DNA from: Geopsychrobacteraceae bacterium
GTDB lineage: Bacteria; Desulfobacterota; Desulfuromonadia; Desulfuromonadales; Geopsychrobacteraceae
DNA: 64,000 bases
Direction: 5' to 3'
Assembly: GCA_963662315.1 (NCBI GenBank)
Contig: OY759353.1
Location: forward strand, 1,376,001-1,440,000
Below the pieces are notes generated by a model. The model was not told where the DNA came from and made no database searches. It saw only the letters and a program-made list of their open reading frames with translations. Position numbers and translations under genes: made by a program. Positions 32,313 to 41,331 of the stretch are shown here, in pieces. Every line of letters starts with the position of its first letter. Position 1 is the first letter of the stretch.

Positions 32313-33614
32313 ATGAACCCCCAGGTACTTTCACCTCAACCAGCCAATATTCTTATTGCTGGCCCGCTACCCTTTGAAAAAAAACTCGAAATCCTCAGCG
32401 GAGCGGCTAAATACGACGCTTCCTGTGCCTCGAGCGGCAGCACCCGCAAGGGGAAAGGGCTTGGCTCGGCCCACCGCAGCGGAATCTGTCATTCGTGGTC
32501 AGCGGATGGTCGCTGTATCTCATTACTGAAAGTTCTTTTCAGCAATGCCTGTCATTTCGACTGCGCCTATTGCCTGAACCGCCGTAGCAACGATCATCAG
32601 CGTGCCACATTCACACCAGCAGAACTTGCGCGCTTGACTATTGAATTTTATCGCCGCAACTATATTGAAGGACTGTTCCTGAGCTCAGCAATTTTCACCA
32701 CCCCCGACAGAACCATGGAGGCGATGCTTCAGGTCCTCAAATTATTACGTCACGAATATAACTTTCATGGCTACATTCACTTAAAAGCGATTCCCGGTTG
32801 CAGCCAGGAGCTGATCGCCGAAGGAACCCGTCTGGCCGACCGCATGAGTGCCAATATCGAACTTCCAAGTGCGCCAAGCCTAGCCTTGCTTGCCCCGGAA
32901 AAAAAAGAGCACGACATCATCAAGGTATTTCACGACAGCCAAAAACAATTGCCAAAAGTTCCTGAGAGCAAAAGAACAAACCGTCAACAGGGGATCGGCA
33001 TGAGTACCCAGATGATTATCGGAGCATCACCGGAAGATGACCGTACGATCATTCACCGCGCTGGAGATCTATACCGTATTCCTCAGTTAAAAAGGGTTTA
33101 TTATTCTGCCTACATTCCGGTGAACAGGGATGCCAGGCTGCCAAGCCTGGGTTTAGGTGCCCCCCTGCTACGGGAACACCGCCTCTATCAGGCAGACTGG
33201 CTACTGCGATTTTACGCCTTTGACGTCACAGAAATTTTGGCTGACAATCAGCAGTTCCTCGACCCCGAACTCGATCCAAAAACCGCTTGGGCTTTGCGTA
33301 ATCGAGGGCTCTATCCGGTGAATATCAATCAAGCCAGCAAAAGAACCTTATTACGCGTTCCCGGTCTGGGCATTCGCTCTTGTCAGCGCATTCTGAAAGC
33401 ACGCCGTTACGCGCGCCTGCGTATCGCGGATCTTGCCCCCCTTGGTGTCGTCATGAAACGAGCACAACACTTTCTTACTGATGGGTTTTCCGGCCCCCCA
33501 AAGGACCCAACCTCTGAACAGCTGCGCAGTCTGCTCCTGAAGCCCTCATCGCCACAGCTGTCTTTTGATTTTTCGACACCGGCAACATCGACAGCAATCT
33601 CGGGGGAGTTATGA
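32313..33614 (+). CDS. Putative DNA modification/repair radical SAM protein (TIGR03916-like) with HhH motif
   Basis: AAKYDASC, GICHSW..DGRCISLLK, CHFDCAYC, REHRLYQADWLLRFY and LLRVPGLG motifs. Confidence 0.92.
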   Translation: MNPQVLSPQPANILIAGPLPFEKKLEILSGAAKYDASCASSGSTRKGKGLGSAHRSGICHSWSADGRCISLLKVLFSNACHFDCAYCLNRRSNDHQRATFTPAELARLTIEFYRRNYIEGLFLSSAIFTTPDRTMEAMLQVLKLLRHEYNFHGYIHLKAIPGCSQELIAEGTRLADRMSANIELPSAPSLALLAPEKKEHDIIKVFHDSQKQLPKVPESKRTNRQQGIGMSTQMIIGASPEDDRTIIHRAGDLYRIPQLKRVYYSAYIPVNRDARLPSLGLGAPLLREHRLYQADWLLRFYAFDVTEILADNQQFLDPELDPKTAWALRNRGLYPVNINQASKRTLLRVPGLGIRSCQRILKARRYARLRIADLAPLGVVMKRAQHFLTDGFSGPPKDPTSEQLRSLLLKPSSPQLSFDFSTPATSTAISGEL

Positions 33615-34390
33615 TTATCCGTTATGACAAAACTTTGACCGGTTTTTGCTGCCTGTTGGGTACCATCATAAAAAAACGCCTCCAATGGTCGGCCATAACC
33701 GGAATGCAAGACCCGCAGACAGTCGCACTTTTTGATCAGGAGCACATCATTACCAGTAACCAGCAGTGGGCTGAACAGGTCACCAGAGGGCTGAAAGAAA
33801 AACTGGGAACGGAATTCGTGCGCAAACTGGGGTTGGCGTTCCTAAGTGAAAAGGACAATATTGAAGCGGACCTGATCATGGTGACCAGATCCGCCTTGAA
33901 GTATGGCAGGGATTTTTTACAGCAGCTTCATCATCCACGTATTCACACCCTCGAAGAAGCAGCCCTGAAAACCGGTCGTGAGAGACATCGTTTATTAGGA
34001 CTGATCCGCTTTTGTAAACTGGCGGATCACAGCTATTTTGCCGAAGTTGAACCCCGCACCAATGTCATCCCCCTGCTGGGAAACCATTTTTCTGAGCGCT
34101 TTGCTGATCAGAATTGGATTATCTGCGACAAACGGCGCAACTCTGCAGTTATCGGCATAAACGGCCACTGGCAATACGAGACCAACTTTGAAATGCTCGA
34201 CAAACCAGCAAGCCATTACAGTGAAACAGATATTGCGCAACTGTGGTGCTCTTTTTATCACAACATCAGCAATCCGCAACGTCTTAACCCGGCCTTGCGT
34301 AATCAGTTTATGCCTAAATATTATTGGCGCTACCTGACCGAAATGCAGCCACGGCAGATAAATTCCACGCCAATAAACACCATCCCTTAG
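33611..34390 (+). CDS. TIGR03915/DUF4130 putative DNA repair partner protein
   Basis: RERHRLLGLIRF, HFSERF.DQ.W.I.D and FMPKYYWRYLTEM motifs; ATGA overlap with the radical SAM gene. Confidence 0.88.
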   Translation: MIIRYDKTLTGFCCLLGTIIKKRLQWSAITGMQDPQTVALFDQEHIITSNQQWAEQVTRGLKEKLGTEFVRKLGLAFLSEKDNIEADLIMVTRSALKYGRDFLQQLHHPRIHTLEEAALKTGRERHRLLGLIRFCKLADHSYFAEVEPRTNVIPLLGNHFSERFADQNWIICDKRRNSAVIGINGHWQYETNFEMLDKPASHYSETDIAQLWCSFYHNISNPQRLNPALRNQFMPKYYWRYLTEMQPRQINSTPINTIP

Positions 34391-34439
34391 GGAAAGAATA
34401 ACCCTAACCGCCAAGGTCTGAGCGCAAGACCAATATAAG

Positions 34440-35207
34440 CTATTTCTTTTTGGCAATCAGTCCAGCCAGGAACGCTTGCACGTTTTCTTCTGTCTCTGGC
34501 ACCGCACACAAAGTTGCAAAAAGATCATCCATAAGATCAAGCCCCTGATGATAGGTTGCTGACGTCATACGCTTGAGCCCCTCCTTCCCGATTTTCAACG
34601 CCGCTGGACTTTTGCTGGCCAACTTCCTGGCCAATTGCAGTGTTTCATTAGCAAGCTGATCATCGGCCACAACCTTATTAACCAGCCCTAAACGCTCGGC
34701 CTCGCCGGCGGAAATCATATCACCGGTTAAAACCATCTCCATGGTTTTCTTACGCCCGATAATCTGAGCCATCGGCATCGCCGGTCCAAGGCAGATCAAC
34801 CCGACATTGATTGCAGTTGTCCCAAACACGGAGGACTCCGCCGCCACAGTCATATCACAAGCAAAAGACAAACCAGCCCCGTTAGCCAAAGCGTACCCCT
34901 GGACGGAGGAAATAGTCGGCTTATTGAGTTTAGCCAGCGTATGATAAAACGCATCAATGCCATACAAAAACTGGCGGTAATCACCAAGGGATTTGTCCTT
35001 AAATTGATCCAGAGAGATCCCGGTACAGAAATTTCTGCCGGCAGCATCAACCACAATGACCCTGACTTCAGGATTTTCTTCCATCTGCCACAAGGCACTA
35101 TCAAGCTGACTGGCGAACTCCGGGATAAACGTATTGTTTGCCTCTGGCCTATTGAGAGTGACAAAACCGATATTATTCTCGACCCGACTTAGAACCAACC
35201 CCGTCAT
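34440..35207 (-). CDS. Enoyl-CoA hydratase/isomerase (crotonase) family protein
   Basis: TLNRPE, FCTGISL and AERLGLVN motifs; start MTGLVLSR after GGGGAG. Confidence 0.88.
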   Translation of the reverse strand: MTGLVLSRVENNIGFVTLNRPEANNTFIPEFASQLDSALWQMEENPEVRVIVVDAAGRNFCTGISLDQFKDKSLGDYRQFLYGIDAFYHTLAKLNKPTISSVQGYALANGAGLSFACDMTVAAESSVFGTTAINVGLICLGPAMPMAQIIGRKKTMEMVLTGDMISAGEAERLGLVNKVVADDQLANETLQLARKLASKSPAALKIGKEGLKRMTSATYHQGLDLMDDLFATLCAVPETEENVQAFLAGLIAKKK

Positions 35208-35354
35208 AGAATCTCCCCTGCATAATTTAAATGATCTGCTGATATAAAGTATCCTCTTAGACGCCAAAGTTATTTTTTGAATATTTTTCTTTCATGCTAT
35301 CGAAAAAAAAGATAGAATGCAAATATTCGAATATTTAAAGAAATGGAGATAGAT

Positions 35355-35540
35355 GTGCCAATTTTTGAATATCGTTGCCGCTCTTGCGGGCATCTTGTGG
35401 AAAAAATTCAACGTCTCCCGCAACCAGATATGCCCTGTCCACAATGTGGCAGAGCTGCCCAGCGGGCAATATCAAAGCCGTCGGTTCCGACCACGACCGG
35501 CAGTTCTTGCGCTAGTGCAGGCGGCAGTGGTTTTACCTGA
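35355..35540 (+). CDS. FmdB-family zinc-ribbon protein (possibly extends to 35546 via Sec)
   Basis: MPIFEYRCRSCG...CPQCG; GTG start after GGAG; ends GGSGFT-TGA-GGA-TAG. Confidence 0.85.
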   Translation: MPIFEYRCRSCGHLVEKIQRLPQPDMPCPQCGRAAQRAISKPSVPTTTGSSCASAGGSGFT

Positions 35541-35666
35541 GGATAGTTATTGGGCGGCGTGACCTCCCCCAATTATACCATGACAGCGTCTCGGTAATAA
35601 GCACGCGGGACATTATTATTGAACATAGCGCAAACGGGTTTATTCAGAACAAAGGAGGAATCCCTC

Positions 35667-35954
35667 ATGCTGACGATGACCGATACGGCCAGAGACAAAT
35701 TTAAAGAACTAAAAACTGAACACCCAGACAGGCACCTGCGTGTTATTTTTGAAGGATTTGGCTGAGGCGGTCCCCGTCTGGGATTAGCTCTGGAAGAGCT
35801 AAAAATAGCAGAGCAAATTCACGTTATTAACGAAATTGAACTGATGATTGACGCCAGCGTCCTGCCTTATACAGTTGGCAATCAAATTGACTATATCAAG
35901 AACGCCTACGGTCAGGGCTTTGCCATTGTTCCTGCCCATGGCAGCAGTTGTTGA
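35667..35954 (+). CDS. HesB/IscA-like selenoprotein (Sec at codon 33, TGA 35763-35765)
   Basis: Absent from the ORF track. RBS aaggagg. Translation MLTMTDTARDKFKELKTEHPDRHLRVIFEGFG-U-GGPRLGLALEEL...IDYIKNAYGQGFAIVPAHGSSC stays open after the TGA and shows the G(U/C)GGPxLGLAL(D/E)E motif. Confidence 0.88.
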
Positions 35955-35963
35955 TCAAACAAC

Positions 35964-35992
35964 AAAAAGCCCGGTATAACACCGGGCTTTTT
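35964..35992. terminator. Bidirectional terminator between the selenoprotein locus and the cyd operon
   Basis: aaaaagcccggt ataac accgggcttttt. Confidence 0.85.
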
Positions 35993-36016
35993 GCCTCCAG
36001 TTTTTAACAAAACCGC

Positions 36017-36100
36017 TTACAAAAGGTTCCAGCTCCCAAGCAACTTGACAGCGGCATAGTAAGACACGGCAATTAGCGCCATCCAGACAATTATTTCCAT
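36017..36100 (-). CDS. 27-aa single-TM peptide, putative small subunit of cytochrome bd (CydX/CydS-like)
   Basis: MEIIVWMALIAVSYYAAVKLLGSWNLL*; RBS GAGGAG; starts 12 nt after the cydB stop and lies before the terminator. Confidence 0.7.
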   Translation of the reverse strand: MEIIVWMALIAVSYYAAVKLLGSWNLL

Positions 36101-36112
36101 AGCAGTTCTCCT

Positions 36113-37240
36113 CTAGTAACTCTTCTTATCAGAAGCAAGTTCTTCAATCGTCAGCTTTTTGCTATCCATCTGACGCCACACATAAACGATGTAGGCCAGA
36201 ACGAATGGTACTGTCAAGGCAACGTAGGACATCATGGTCAGCGTATAGTGACTGCTTGAAGCATTGTAAATCGTCAGACTGCTGGCAATATTCGATTTGG
36301 ACGGGTAGAAAGAGGTATCGTTGTACCCGGCCAGGAAAAAGATCGCAAGACAGGTCAGAACCGTTCCCAGGCCCGCAGGCCAGACACCGCGCACCGATGG
36401 CGTAAAACGATTTAAAGCTACGCCAAGTACAACCAGAACCAGTCCAGCCAGTAACAGTATCAGGTTAAGGGGCATCTGCAGAAGATTATTCAGATACTTG
36501 TGAGCTTCAATAATCACCTGCCCTTGGCCATTAATAGCATAACCGTCCATTACCAGTAGACTGATCAGCACGTAAAGCAAAAATGGCAAGGCACACAGCA
36601 GGTTATTAAATGAAGAAATCTTCAACCGAGCGACCAAAGATTCATGATCGAGGCAATTGGCAAGATACAACGCGCCAAGGGTCCGCGCCAGGAAAACCAG
36701 AAAGATACCGAAGGCCAGATTAAACAGACTGAAAGCAGCTTCCAGACCACGCAGGGCATGATCCCATTTGACCAGGTTGAATTCATTCAGAGTAAAATTG
36801 GAACCGCTGAAGAAGGTTGCAACCGCAGCGCCAATTAACAGGACCCCGACAGTACCATTAATGAACATGAAGATTTCGTAAGTTTTTTGTCCCAGGAAAT
36901 TATCAGGCTTACGGCGGTACTCATAGCTGACGGCCTGAATAATAAAAGTGAACAGAATTGCCAACCAGACCCAGTAGGCGCCACCGAAACTGGTTGCATA
37001 GAAGAGCGGGAAGGACGCGTAGAACGCCCCGCCAAACAGAACCAGAGTCGTGAAAGTCAGTTCCCACTTACGCCCCAGGGCATTGACCATCAGTGTCTTT
37101 TCATCTTCACCGGCCGGGATGGTCAGTAACAAGGTCTGCCCTCCTTGAACAAAGGTCAGAAAAACGAAGAGAGAACCAACAACCGAAACAATCAGCCACC
37201 AGAACTGTTGCAACGTTGACCAATCAAGGCTACCAAACAT
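36113..37240 (-). CDS. cydB: Cytochrome bd ubiquinol oxidase subunit II
   Basis: FVQGGQ, GRKWE, FPLFY and SLTIYNASSS motifs; directly after cydA. Confidence 0.93.
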   Translation of the reverse strand: MFGSLDWSTLQQFWWLIVSVVGSLFVFLTFVQGGQTLLLTIPAGEDEKTLMVNALGRKWELTFTTLVLFGGAFYASFPLFYATSFGGAYWVWLAILFTFIIQAVSYEYRRKPDNFLGQKTYEIFMFINGTVGVLLIGAAVATFFSGSNFTLNEFNLVKWDHALRGLEAAFSLFNLAFGIFLVFLARTLGALYLANCLDHESLVARLKISSFNNLLCALPFLLYVLISLLVMDGYAINGQGQVIIEAHKYLNNLLQMPLNLILLLAGLVLVVLGVALNRFTPSVRGVWPAGLGTVLTCLAIFFLAGYNDTSFYPSKSNIASSLTIYNASSSHYTLTMMSYVALTVPFVLAYIVYVWRQMDSKKLTIEELASDKKSY

Positions 37241-37242
37241 AG

Positions 37243-38778
37243 TTACTCTCCTTCCGGACCAAGAGAAATCTGCTTGGTCATTATTTTGAGCTCAGCGATC
37301 AGCAGAGCGGTAAACAGTACCAGGAATAAAAAGAACGTGACCATGACGGTTCCCGCGTCTAGATTTGAGCGTGCCACGGTAACCGGCAGCATATCCTGAA
37401 TCGCCCAGGGCTGACGGCCGACTTCCGAAACAATCCAACCCGCCTGGGATGCAATCCACGACAGAAACAAAGAAAGGACACCAAGACGTAAGATGAACGG
37501 CTTATTCTCCAGTTGCCCTTTTTCCATGAGATAGATGTAGACAAGGAACAACAGGACGAAGAAGGTTCCGAGACCAACCATGATCCGGAAAGCATAAAAT
37601 GTTAAGGCGACAGGCGGAACGGCCTGTTCTGCATTTTCAAGATGTCCATAACCAAAATATTGGCGATGCTGGTCAAACAGAGATAAAGCGCTTCCAGCTG
37701 CAACTTCATCACCAGCAGTTTTAGCGGATTTATAATCCCCCAGACTGGTCACAGCGAGTTTGCCCCGCCGGATCTTCTCTTCGACACTCATAATCCCTTC
37801 AGCTTCGTTACCAAAGACCAGATCATTTATACCTGGAACAAAGCCCTCAAAACTGCGCTTGGCAAGCAGGGTCAACATTCCGGGAATCTCAATTTTGGCA
37901 ATAAACGGATCTTGGTCATCACCAGGCTTTTTATCACCATTAACAAGCCCGATAGCGATCAGTCCGGTCGGCGAATGTCCCTCATACAAAGCTTCCATGG
38001 CAGCCAGTTTCATAGGCTGGGTTCTGGCCGTGAGAAAAGCGTGCTCATCACCTGTATAGGCGACAAAAACTGAGCTGAGCAGGCCGAAAACACAAGCCAC
38101 AGCAATAGACCGTTTGGCAAACTTGACATGCCTTTTCTTAAGAAGATACCAACTGGAAATACCGACAACGAACAGCGATGAAAGTAAAAAGCCGGAACTG
38201 GTTGCATGAACAAAATGGCCGATAGCTACCGGGGAGGATATAACTGCCCATAGATCAACCATTTCAAAGCGCGCCGTATCCGGGTTGAAATGCATGCCGA
38301 CAGGATATTGCATCCACCCATTGGCAACCAGAATCCACATGGCAGAAAGATTGGAACCAACGGCAACCATCCAGGTGGAAAATAGATGGAATTTTTTCGA
38401 AACACGATTCCAGCCGAAAAACATAACAGCAAAGAATGTCGCCTCAAGGAAGAAAGCCAGAATACCTTCGATAGCGAGCGGTGCACCAAAGATGTCTCCA
38501 ACCATCCATGAATAGTTCGACCAGTTTGTCCCGAATTCAAATTCAAGAATAATTCCGGTGGCAACCCCAATGGCGAAGTTGATCCCAAACAGGGTCATCC
38601 AGAATCGCGTCAACCGCTTCCACTCTTCATTTCCGGTACGCACGTAAATCGATTCAAAGAATGCGCACAGAAAGGACAAACCAAGTGTCAAAGGAACAAA
38701 GATCCAATGATACATGGCTGTTAGAGCAAACGTTGCACGCGCCCAATTCACCATACTTAAATCAATCTGATCTATCAC
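37243..38778 (-). CDS. cydA: Cytochrome bd ubiquinol oxidase subunit I
   Basis: YHWIFVPL, EFEFGTNW, QPMKLAAME and EVGRQPW motifs. Confidence 0.96.
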   Translation of the reverse strand: MIDQIDLSMVNWARATFALTAMYHWIFVPLTLGLSFLCAFFESIYVRTGNEEWKRLTRFWMTLFGINFAIGVATGIILEFEFGTNWSNYSWMVGDIFGAPLAIEGILAFFLEATFFAVMFFGWNRVSKKFHLFSTWMVAVGSNLSAMWILVANGWMQYPVGMHFNPDTARFEMVDLWAVISSPVAIGHFVHATSSGFLLSSLFVVGISSWYLLKKRHVKFAKRSIAVACVFGLLSSVFVAYTGDEHAFLTARTQPMKLAAMEALYEGHSPTGLIAIGLVNGDKKPGDDQDPFIAKIEIPGMLTLLAKRSFEGFVPGINDLVFGNEAEGIMSVEEKIRRGKLAVTSLGDYKSAKTAGDEVAAGSALSLFDQHRQYFGYGHLENAEQAVPPVALTFYAFRIMVGLGTFFVLLFLVYIYLMEKGQLENKPFILRLGVLSLFLSWIASQAGWIVSEVGRQPWAIQDMLPVTVARSNLDAGTVMVTFFLFLVLFTALLIAELKIMTKQISLGPEGE

Positions 38779-38855
38779 GCTTTTCCTCCTCTTTTAAGCT
38801 GATCAGGGTTAGCCACTTAAATACAGCATTTTAAGTGGTGGCAGAAATTGTATTA

Positions 38856-39080
38856 CTAGCGGGTTGCTTCTTGTGCTGGTCGCGTGATGTTTTGCAACAC
38901 ATGATCAGCACGTTCGGCGTCAGTAGCAAATTTTGTTGCAAGAAAATCCGGGAAAAAAAACACTTTGAGAATCGCAAACATGATGAACAATTTAATAAAT
39001 ATGATTTTCCACAATGCCCGCCCGACAACCATAGAGCGAAACCCGTCATAATAAAGGTGAAAAATATTTTTTAAGGACAT
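38856..39080 (-). CDS. DUF4492-like small membrane protein upstream of cydA
   Basis: IF.LYYDGFRSM..GR.LW.II.IKLFIMFAILKVFFFPDFL pattern. Confidence 0.75.
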   Translation of the reverse strand: MSLKNIFHLYYDGFRSMVVGRALWKIIFIKLFIMFAILKVFFFPDFLATKFATDAERADHVLQNITRPAQEATR

Positions 39081-39370
39081 TTCAGCACCGTCGTCACGAT
39101 TAAATGTGGGCAATAGATTTGTAACAAATTTGGTTATGTTTACACCGCATGGGAAAGATAGTCAAGGAGAATTATAACAGCAGTGGTCATGTTTTCAAGA
39201 TTAACAAACCAATGAATTTGTTGACTATTTTAGACAGGAATAAGATTTTCCGTACACTACAATTATGGTCATAAAGGTCGGGCGGCTTTAAAACCTCTGT
39301 TCTTTCAGTCAACTATCGTGCACAATGAAGCGAGTGTTACCGACAACCAATATCCAAGAATTCTTGCCTC

Positions 39371-41227
39371 ATGAAAAAAGTCAAAAAAAATACTACCTGC
39401 CGCTTCCTGCCGGTATGTCAAAAAGATCTGGATCAACGCAACTGGGATGAACTTGACATTCTGTTTATCAGTGGCGATGCCTATATTGACCATCCGGCAT
39501 TCGGTGTTCCGCTGCTGGCCCGACTGCTCGAAAAAGCCGGTTATCGCGTCGGAATTATCGCTCAACCCGATTGGAAAGATCCGCAATCTTTAGCGCTTAT
39601 GGGGCGTCCTCGTCTGTTCGCCGCAATTTCTGCCGGCGCTATGGATTCCATGATCAATCACTACACAGCGGCAAAAAAAATCCGCCATAACGATGCGTAT
39701 ACTCCTGGCGGGAAAGCGGGTAAACGTCCCAACCGGGCAGTTATTGCCTACACCGCAGCGATCAAAGGAACGTTCAAAGGAATTCCGACGGTTATCGGTG
39801 GCATTGAAGCCAGCCTGCGCCGCTTTGCACATTATGATTATTGGGATGACAAAGTCAGGCGGTCAATTTTAGCCGACAGCAAAGCGGATCTGCTCGTCTA
39901 CGGCATGGCCGAAACCGCCCTGTTGGAAATAGCCAGGCGTCTTAGCAACAACGAAAACATTACTCAACTGACGGATATTCGAGGGACAGCCTATCTGGCC
40001 AAAGACAAACCGGCAACGGGGCTGGAGATTCCCTCATTCGATCTGGTCAGCAACGAATCATCCAGCTACAACGACGCTTTTAAAATTATCGCGCAAAACA
40101 GTAACCCGGAATCAGCCCAGCTACTCTACCAGGCCCATGGCCTGCAATACCTTATGGTTAATCCACCTGCTTTACCGTTGACCAGTAACCAGATGGATGA
40201 GATCTATGACCTACCCTACTGCCGGATACCGCACCCGATGTATACAGAAAAAATTCCGGCATATGAGCAGATCCGGCACTCTATCACCAGCCACCGCGGG
40301 TGTTTCGGCGGGTGCGCTTTTTGCGCGATTACCCATCATCAGGGGAAAACTATTCAGTCTCGATCTCAGCAGTCCATTATGGGCGAGATAGACCAACTGG
40401 TAGTGCAACCCGATTTTTTCGGAACCATCAGCGACATTGGCGGACCAACAGCAAACATGTATGGGCTGAGCTGCGGCAATCCTATCGCCCAGAAGCAATG
40501 CAACAGAGCCAGCTGCCTGTTTCCTGAGATCTGTAAAAACCTGAAGACTGGCGATCAGGCCGCTGTAAGTTTATTACGCAAGGTGCGACAGCATGAAAAA
40601 GTCAAACATGTCTTTGTAGCATCCGGTATTCGCTACGATCTGCTGGAACAACAGCAGGACTACTTTGATGACCTGTTACAGTTTCATGTCGGCGGCCTAC
40701 TGAAAATAGCCCCGGAATCGACGGTTGATAGAGTCACTGATATTATGCGAAAACCGGGAACCAGGATCCTGACCAACTTCCTAAATAAGTTTCGCGAACG
40801 GACTCACATCCTTGGTCTGCGCCAGGGGATTGTCCCCTACCTGATCAGTGGTCACCCGGGCTGCACCATCGACGATATGATTGACGTTGCCCTGTACCTT
40901 AAACGTCACCAGCTCAAAGTCGAGCAGGTCCAGGACTTCACTCCGACCCCCGGAAGCCTGTCTACCTGCATCTACTACACGGGAGCAGACCCATTCAGCG
41001 GTGAGCCGATACACGTGCCCCGCACAGTAAAAGAGAAGCGCTTACAAAAAGCCCTGCTGCTCTACCACAAACCTGAAAACAGAAGTGATATTCTCGAAGC
41101 GCTACGCCTGTGTCGGAAAGAACATCTGGCTAGCGAATTTTTCCCGACAAAAAATATGGCCAGCGAGCAACGAAGAGATTTCAGAAAACGGTCTGTAAAT
41201 TTAAAAAAAAGATCCGGAAAGCTTTGA
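39371..41227 (+). CDS. YgiQ-family radical SAM protein
   Basis: GDAYIDHP, RGCFGGCAFC, DIGGPTANMY and QVQDFTPTP motifs. Confidence 0.92.
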   Translation: MKKVKKNTTCRFLPVCQKDLDQRNWDELDILFISGDAYIDHPAFGVPLLARLLEKAGYRVGIIAQPDWKDPQSLALMGRPRLFAAISAGAMDSMINHYTAAKKIRHNDAYTPGGKAGKRPNRAVIAYTAAIKGTFKGIPTVIGGIEASLRRFAHYDYWDDKVRRSILADSKADLLVYGMAETALLEIARRLSNNENITQLTDIRGTAYLAKDKPATGLEIPSFDLVSNESSSYNDAFKIIAQNSNPESAQLLYQAHGLQYLMVNPPALPLTSNQMDEIYDLPYCRIPHPMYTEKIPAYEQIRHSITSHRGCFGGCAFCAITHHQGKTIQSRSQQSIMGEIDQLVVQPDFFGTISDIGGPTANMYGLSCGNPIAQKQCNRASCLFPEICKNLKTGDQAAVSLLRKVRQHEKVKHVFVASGIRYDLLEQQQDYFDDLLQFHVGGLLKIAPESTVDRVTDIMRKPGTRILTNFLNKFRERTHILGLRQGIVPYLISGHPGCTIDDMIDVALYLKRHQLKVEQVQDFTPTPGSLSTCIYYTGADPFSGEPIHVPRTVKEKRLQKALLLYHKPENRSDILEALRLCRKEHLASEFFPTKNMASEQRRDFRKRSVNLKKRSGKL

Positions 41228-41331
41228 TATGAGTTGTATTTCTTTACTCTTTACAAACCACTAGAGTAAGGTACAAGCTTAACCAGCTAGGCAACAACCC
41301 CTGACACAACCCTATAGACAGTAAACATCAG

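Noticed and set aside
35952..35954. Second TGA at the end of the HesB-like gene as another Sec codon
   Set aside because: The hairpin that follows has A/T tails typical of a terminator and homology ends here, so it is treated as a true stop.
39117..39235. Palindrome atttgtaacaaat and other weak inverted repeats upstream of the cyd operon (Rex/FNR-like?)
   Set aside because: No convincing match to either consensus and only one occurrence.
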